DNA of 64,000 nt from Rhodopirellula sp. (GTDB taxonomy: Bacteria > Planctomycetota > Planctomycetia > Pirellulales > Thermoguttaceae). Made by a program: the position numbers and the translations under genes. Below, piece by piece: positions 60,036-64,000 of the stretch. The stretch covers positions 34,899 to 98,898 of the forward strand of contig JAAYEH010000400.1 in the NCBI GenBank assembly GCA_012728855.1. Direction: 5' to 3'. Numbering within the stretch: position 1 is the stretch's first letter; every line of letters begins with the position of its first letter. The notes beneath the pieces are model-generated. The model ran no database searches and had not been told where the DNA came from. It worked only from the letters and a program-made list of their open reading frames with translations.

Positions 60036-62108
60036 ATGCGCGCGGTCTCGCTTCTCGTGGTTTTTCTATTCTCGGCGGCCGGTCAAGCGGCCGAGCCGAC
60101 GTACGACGTCGTGGTTTACGGCGGCACTTCCGGCGGCGTCGCCGCGGCCGTCCAGGCCGCGCGGATGGGGAAGAGCGTCGTGCTGATCGAACCGGGGCGC
60201 CATCTCGGCGGGCTTAGTTCCGGTGGGTTGGGCGCAACGGACATCGGTAATAAGGCGGCCATCGGGGGAATCTCAAGAGAATTCTATCAGCGGATTTTCC
60301 GGCACTACCAGCAGCCCTCCGCCTGGGAGCAGGAAACACGCGAGGAGTACGCCACCCGCAAGAAGGGCCGCTCCATCGATGGCGACACGATGTGGGGATT
60401 CGAGCCGCATGTCGCCGAGCAGGTGTTCGAGGCGATGATCCGCGAGGCCGCCGTGCCGGTGGTCCGCGACGAGCGCCTCGACCGCAGCGGGGGCGTGAAA
60501 AAAGAGGGATCGAAGATTGCCGCCATCGTCATGGAGTCGGGCAAGACGTACCGCGGCAAGATGTTCATCGACGCCGGTTACGAAGGCGACCTGATGGCCG
60601 CCGCCGGCGTGTCGTACGCCGTCGGCCGCGAATCCAACGACCAGTACGGCGAGACACTCAACGGCGTGCAGACCGTCCGGGCGATCTTTCACCAGTTCGT
60701 CAAGCCGGTCGATCCCTATGTCCGGCCCGGCGATCCGTCGAGCGGAATGCTGCCCGGGGTCCACGCGGGAAGTCCGGGCGAGGAGGGGGCCGGCGACCGC
60801 CGCGTGCAGGCGTACTGCTATCGCATGTGTACCACGGACGTGCCGGAGAACCGCGTCGACTGGCCCAAGCCCGCCGGCTACGACCCGTCGCGCTACGAAC
60901 TCTTGCTGCGGAATTTCGAGGCCGGCGACGAACGCATCCCCTGGGCGCCCTCGGCGATGCCCAATCGCAAGACCGACACAAACAACAACTTCGCCATCTC
61001 CACCGACAACATCGGCATGAACTACGACTATCCGGACGGCGACTACGCGACCCGCCGGCGGATCCTCGACGAGCACGAGTCGTATCAAAAAGGCTTGATG
61101 TGGACGCTGGCCAACAGCCCTCGCGTGCCGGAGAAAGTGCGGAAGGAGTTCCAGACGTGGGGCCTGGCGAAAAACGAGTTCACCGACAACGGCAACTGGC
61201 CGCATCAACTCTACGTCCGCGAGGCCCGGCGGATGATCGGAGAGTACGTGATGACCGAGCACAATTGCCGCTGGCAGAAGACTGCGGAGGATCCGATCGG
61301 CCTGGGCGCTTATGGAATGGATTCGCACCACGTCCAGCGCTACGTCGACGAGACCGGCCATGCGCGCAACGAAGGGGACGTGGAGGTCGGCGTGGCCGGG
61401 CCCTACCCGATCAGTTTCCGCTCGATCGTGCCGCGGGCCGGCGAGTGCAGCAATCTGCTCGTGCCGGTGTGCCTGTCGGCCTCGCATATCGCCTACGGAT
61501 CGATTCGCATGGAGCCGGTGTTCATGATCCTGGGGCAGTCGGCGGCCACGGCCGCGTCGCAGGCGATCGATGCCGGCAAGGCCATCCAGGCGATCGACTA
61601 CGCCGGACTGCGCGAACGGCTGTTGGCGGACCGACAGGTTCTCGAGTGGACCGCTCCGGCCTCCCAGGCGGCCCTGATGCTCGACCCGAAGAAGCTCGCC
61701 GGTGTGACCGTCGACGATCAGCAGGCGGTGCTTACCGGCGCGTGGGGCACGTCCCAGGCGATCGGACCGTACGTCGGCACCGGTTACCGGCACGACATTG
61801 ATGAAGACAAAGGGGCGAAATCGGCGCGCTTCGAGGCGCGCCTGCCTGAATCGGGACGCTACACCGTTCGGCTGGCTTACTCGCCCTCGGCAAACCGCGC
61901 GACGAATGTTTTGGTCAAGGTTCATGCCGTCGACGGAACCAAGACCGTTGTCGTCAACCAGCGCAAGCAGCCGACCGAAGACAAAGCCTTCGTGTCGATC
62001 GGGACGTTTCGCTTCGCGGCCGACCAGCCGGCCGCAGTGGTGATTTCCAATGAAGCAGCGGACGGCTACGTGATCCTCGACGCCGTACAGTTTTTGCCCG
62101 AGAAGTGA
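60036..62108 (+). CDS. Secreted FAD-dependent oxidoreductase (FAD_oxidored family) with an extra C-terminal beta-rich domain
   Basis: Signal peptide. YDVVVYGGTSGGVAAAVQAARMG dinucleotide fold. GLSSGGLGATDIG. C-terminal tail of about 130 aa ending DGYVILDAVQFLPEK. Confidence 0.85.
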   Translation: MRAVSLLVVFLFSAAGQAAEPTYDVVVYGGTSGGVAAAVQAARMGKSVVLIEPGRHLGGLSSGGLGATDIGNKAAIGGISREFYQRIFRHYQQPSAWEQETREEYATRKKGRSIDGDTMWGFEPHVAEQVFEAMIREAAVPVVRDERLDRSGGVKKEGSKIAAIVMESGKTYRGKMFIDAGYEGDLMAAAGVSYAVGRESNDQYGETLNGVQTVRAIFHQFVKPVDPYVRPGDPSSGMLPGVHAGSPGEEGAGDRRVQAYCYRMCTTDVPENRVDWPKPAGYDPSRYELLLRNFEAGDERIPWAPSAMPNRKTDTNNNFAISTDNIGMNYDYPDGDYATRRRILDEHESYQKGLMWTLANSPRVPEKVRKEFQTWGLAKNEFTDNGNWPHQLYVREARRMIGEYVMTEHNCRWQKTAEDPIGLGAYGMDSHHVQRYVDETGHARNEGDVEVGVAGPYPISFRSIVPRAGECSNLLVPVCLSASHIAYGSIRMEPVFMILGQSAATAASQAIDAGKAIQAIDYAGLRERLLADRQVLEWTAPASQAALMLDPKKLAGVTVDDQQAVLTGAWGTSQAIGPYVGTGYRHDIDEDKGAKSARFEARLPESGRYTVRLAYSPSANRATNVLVKVHAVDGTKTVVVNQRKQPTEDKAFVSIGTFRFAADQPAAVVISNEAADGYVILDAVQFLPEK

Positions 62109-62157
62109 GACAATCGGATTCGACAAGTTGTTTTGTTGCTCAAAGGAGCAGATCATC

Positions 62158-63165
62158 ATGAATGGAAAGTCGGACTGGTACTATGCGGATGGATCGAAAT
62201 CGGTGGGGCCGCTTTCCTTGGAGCAACTGGTCAGAAGGCTTCCGACTGCCGCCGGGCCGGACACGCTGGTCTATGGACCGGGCTTGACCGATTGGACCGA
62301 AGCCCGCCACGTGGCAGCGATCGCCGAACGTTCCGCCGGCGCCGACTCGCCCCCGCCGCCCCCGTCCAGTCGCCGATCGGACGAAATCGATTATGAAATC
62401 TTCGGCGAGGAAATGCAGTACGTGGAGGTGACGCTCGATCCCAACGAGATGGTTCTCGCCGAGGCGGGTGGCATGATGTACATGAGCCCGCAAATCAAGA
62501 TGGAAACCGTCTTCGGCGATCCTTCGGCAAAGAACACGGGCATGCTCGGTAAGGTTCTCTCCGCCGGAAAGCGGGCGCTGACGGGAGAATCGCTCTTCAT
62601 GACGACCTTTACCAACATCGGCGCCGGGCGGGAGAAAGTGGCCTTCGCCTCGCCCTATCCGGGAAAGGTCGTGCCGATGCATCTCGATCAACTCGGCGGC
62701 GAAATCATCTGCCAGAAAGACGCTTTCCTCTGCGCCGCGAGGGGAACGCAGATCGGTATCGCGTTCCAGAAGCGGATTGGCGTCGGGCTGTTTGGCGGAG
62801 AAGGGTTCATCATGCAGCGGCTCACCGGCGACGGCATCGCCCTGATCCACGCCGGCGGCACCCTCATGCGGCGCACCCTGCAAAGGGGCGAAATGCTCAA
62901 GCTCGACACCGGCTGCCTTGTCGCGCTGACGCCGAGCGTGCGGTACGACATTCAACTGGTCGGCGGCATCAAAAACACGTTGTTTGGCGGAGAAGGGCTG
63001 TTTTTCGCCACGTTGACCGGCCCCGGAGAGATCTGGTGTCAATCGTTGCCCTTCTCGCGTCTTGCCGGGCGGATCCTGGCCAACGCGCCGCAATCCGGCG
63101 GCAGCAAAGGCGAAGGCTCGCTGCTGGGCGGACTGGGGCGACTGCTCGACGGAGACAACCAGTAG
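62158..63165 (+). CDS. GYF_2 (DUF4339)-like N-terminal domain fused to an AIM24/TIGR00266 family domain
   Basis: WYYADGSKSVGPLSLEQL..GPGLTDWTEA, then a Pro-rich linker, then IDYEIFGEEMQYVEVTLDPNEMVLAEAGGMMYM..GEGFIMQRLTGDG..GEGLFFATLTGPGEIWCQSLP. Confidence 0.8.
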   Translation: MNGKSDWYYADGSKSVGPLSLEQLVRRLPTAAGPDTLVYGPGLTDWTEARHVAAIAERSAGADSPPPPPSSRRSDEIDYEIFGEEMQYVEVTLDPNEMVLAEAGGMMYMSPQIKMETVFGDPSAKNTGMLGKVLSAGKRALTGESLFMTTFTNIGAGREKVAFASPYPGKVVPMHLDQLGGEIICQKDAFLCAARGTQIGIAFQKRIGVGLFGGEGFIMQRLTGDGIALIHAGGTLMRRTLQRGEMLKLDTGCLVALTPSVRYDIQLVGGIKNTLFGGEGLFFATLTGPGEIWCQSLPFSRLAGRILANAPQSGGSKGEGSLLGGLGRLLDGDNQ

Positions 63166-63245
63166 AATCAAACATTTTTGAACCATGTCAAAACTCCGAG
63201 AAATTACCGAATCGAGAAGAGCCCAACAAAAAGAGGAGAAGTGAG

Positions 63246-63983
63246 ATGACCTTCCGTTTGATGAACCGTCTGCCCGGCATTCTGTCCCTGCTGGCGTTGC
63301 TCGTATCGCTCCCGTCGATTTCCGTCGCCGATCCGCCCAAGGCCGCCGTGGGCGGCGAAAAAGCCGCTGCCAAGGAAACCAAGGATCCGTACGCCTGGAA
63401 ATCGCTCTTCGACGGCAAGACGCTCACCGGCTGGAAAGCGCCGAAGTTCGGCGGCGAGGGAGAGGTGAGCGTTGAGGACGGGCAGATCATCCTCGGAATG
63501 GGCGACGGCGTCACCGGGGCGACCTATACCGGCGAATTGCCGAAGAACAACTACGAGCTGGTACTCGAAGGCAAGCGGCTGGATGGCAACGATTTCTTCT
63601 GCACGACGACCTTTCCCGTCGGCGACGCCCACTGCTCCTTTGTCGTGGGCGGCTGGGGTGGAACGGTCGTCGGACTGTCGAACGTCGACTTCTACGACGC
63701 TTCCGACAACGTGACCACCAATTTCCACGACCTGAAGAGCAATACCTGGTATCGCATTCGCATCCGGGTCAGCGACTCGAAAATCGAAGCCTGGATCGGC
63801 GACGATCAAATGGTCGATTTGCCCACCGAGGGCCATAAGTTTTCCATCCGCTGGGAGGTCGATCTCTCCAAGCCGCTCGGCGTCGCCAGTTGGTGTACCA
63901 AGGGGGCCGTCCGCGACGTGCGCGTCCGCAAGCTGAAGCCGGAAGAGATCAAGGAGATTGCCGAAGCGGCCGCGAAGCAGTAG
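63246..63983 (+). CDS. DUF1080 (3-keto-disaccharide hydrolase-like) secreted protein
   Basis: Signal peptide. WKSLFDGKTLTGWK..NYELVLEGKRLDGNDF..WYRIRIRVSDSKIEAWIGD. RBS AGAGGAGAAG. Confidence 0.85.
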   Translation: MTFRLMNRLPGILSLLALLVSLPSISVADPPKAAVGGEKAAAKETKDPYAWKSLFDGKTLTGWKAPKFGGEGEVSVEDGQIILGMGDGVTGATYTGELPKNNYELVLEGKRLDGNDFFCTTTFPVGDAHCSFVVGGWGGTVVGLSNVDFYDASDNVTTNFHDLKSNTWYRIRIRVSDSKIEAWIGDDQMVDLPTEGHKFSIRWEVDLSKPLGVASWCTKGAVRDVRVRKLKPEEIKEIAEAAAKQ

Positions 63984-64000
63984 CGGGGTTTCCCTTGGTG

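Noticed and set aside
55045-62159. Three very long minus-strand ORFs (55045-56844, 56865-59327, 60273-62159).
   Set aside because: Each mirrors a well-supported + strand gene (GHL10, tandem M16 peptidase, FAD oxidoreductase). Their translations are low-complexity (R/G/V/D/L), and one runs straight through a palindromic repeat.

Overview
This is a high-GC chromosomal segment (well above 60% by eye) whose gene content points to Planctomycetota, probably Pirellulales-like. Supporting genes: a PSCyt1/DUF1549 cytochrome, a PVC-type CxxCH dehydrogenase/HEAT protein, DUF1080, GHL10, squalene-hopene cyclase plus HpnH, FliD/FliS and CsrA. I call about 50 protein genes, one tRNA-Glu(UUC), no rRNA and no CRISPR. 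Most genes are housekeeping, envelope or secreted-enzyme functions in short operons. Three things stand out. (1) There are at least four families of palindromic repeats. One is a GTAG-headed REP/REPIN-like hairpin whose copies overlap stop codons and truncate a gene. Another is a nested-palindrome 92/185-bp MITE-like element whose stems change in a compensatory way between copies. (2) A roughly 2.9-kb gene-decay zone (11.65-14.59 kb) holds HUH (RAYT-like) transposase remnants, a fused ORF and an orphan gene fragment. (3) Several uncharacterised modules are present: small basic protein / lidless Hsp70 / J-like+T2SSE_N+TM protein; SPFH / Arc / DUF1648; and an orphan protein with HhH and sigma-region-4-like motifs. 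None is a proven new system; these are the best candidates. Many long ORFs in the supplied track are antisense shadows typical of high-GC DNA. The track also uses GTG/TTG starts, so several starts were moved to internal ATGs that have Shine-Dalgarno-like sequences. All family assignments come from motifs read by eye; no searches were run.
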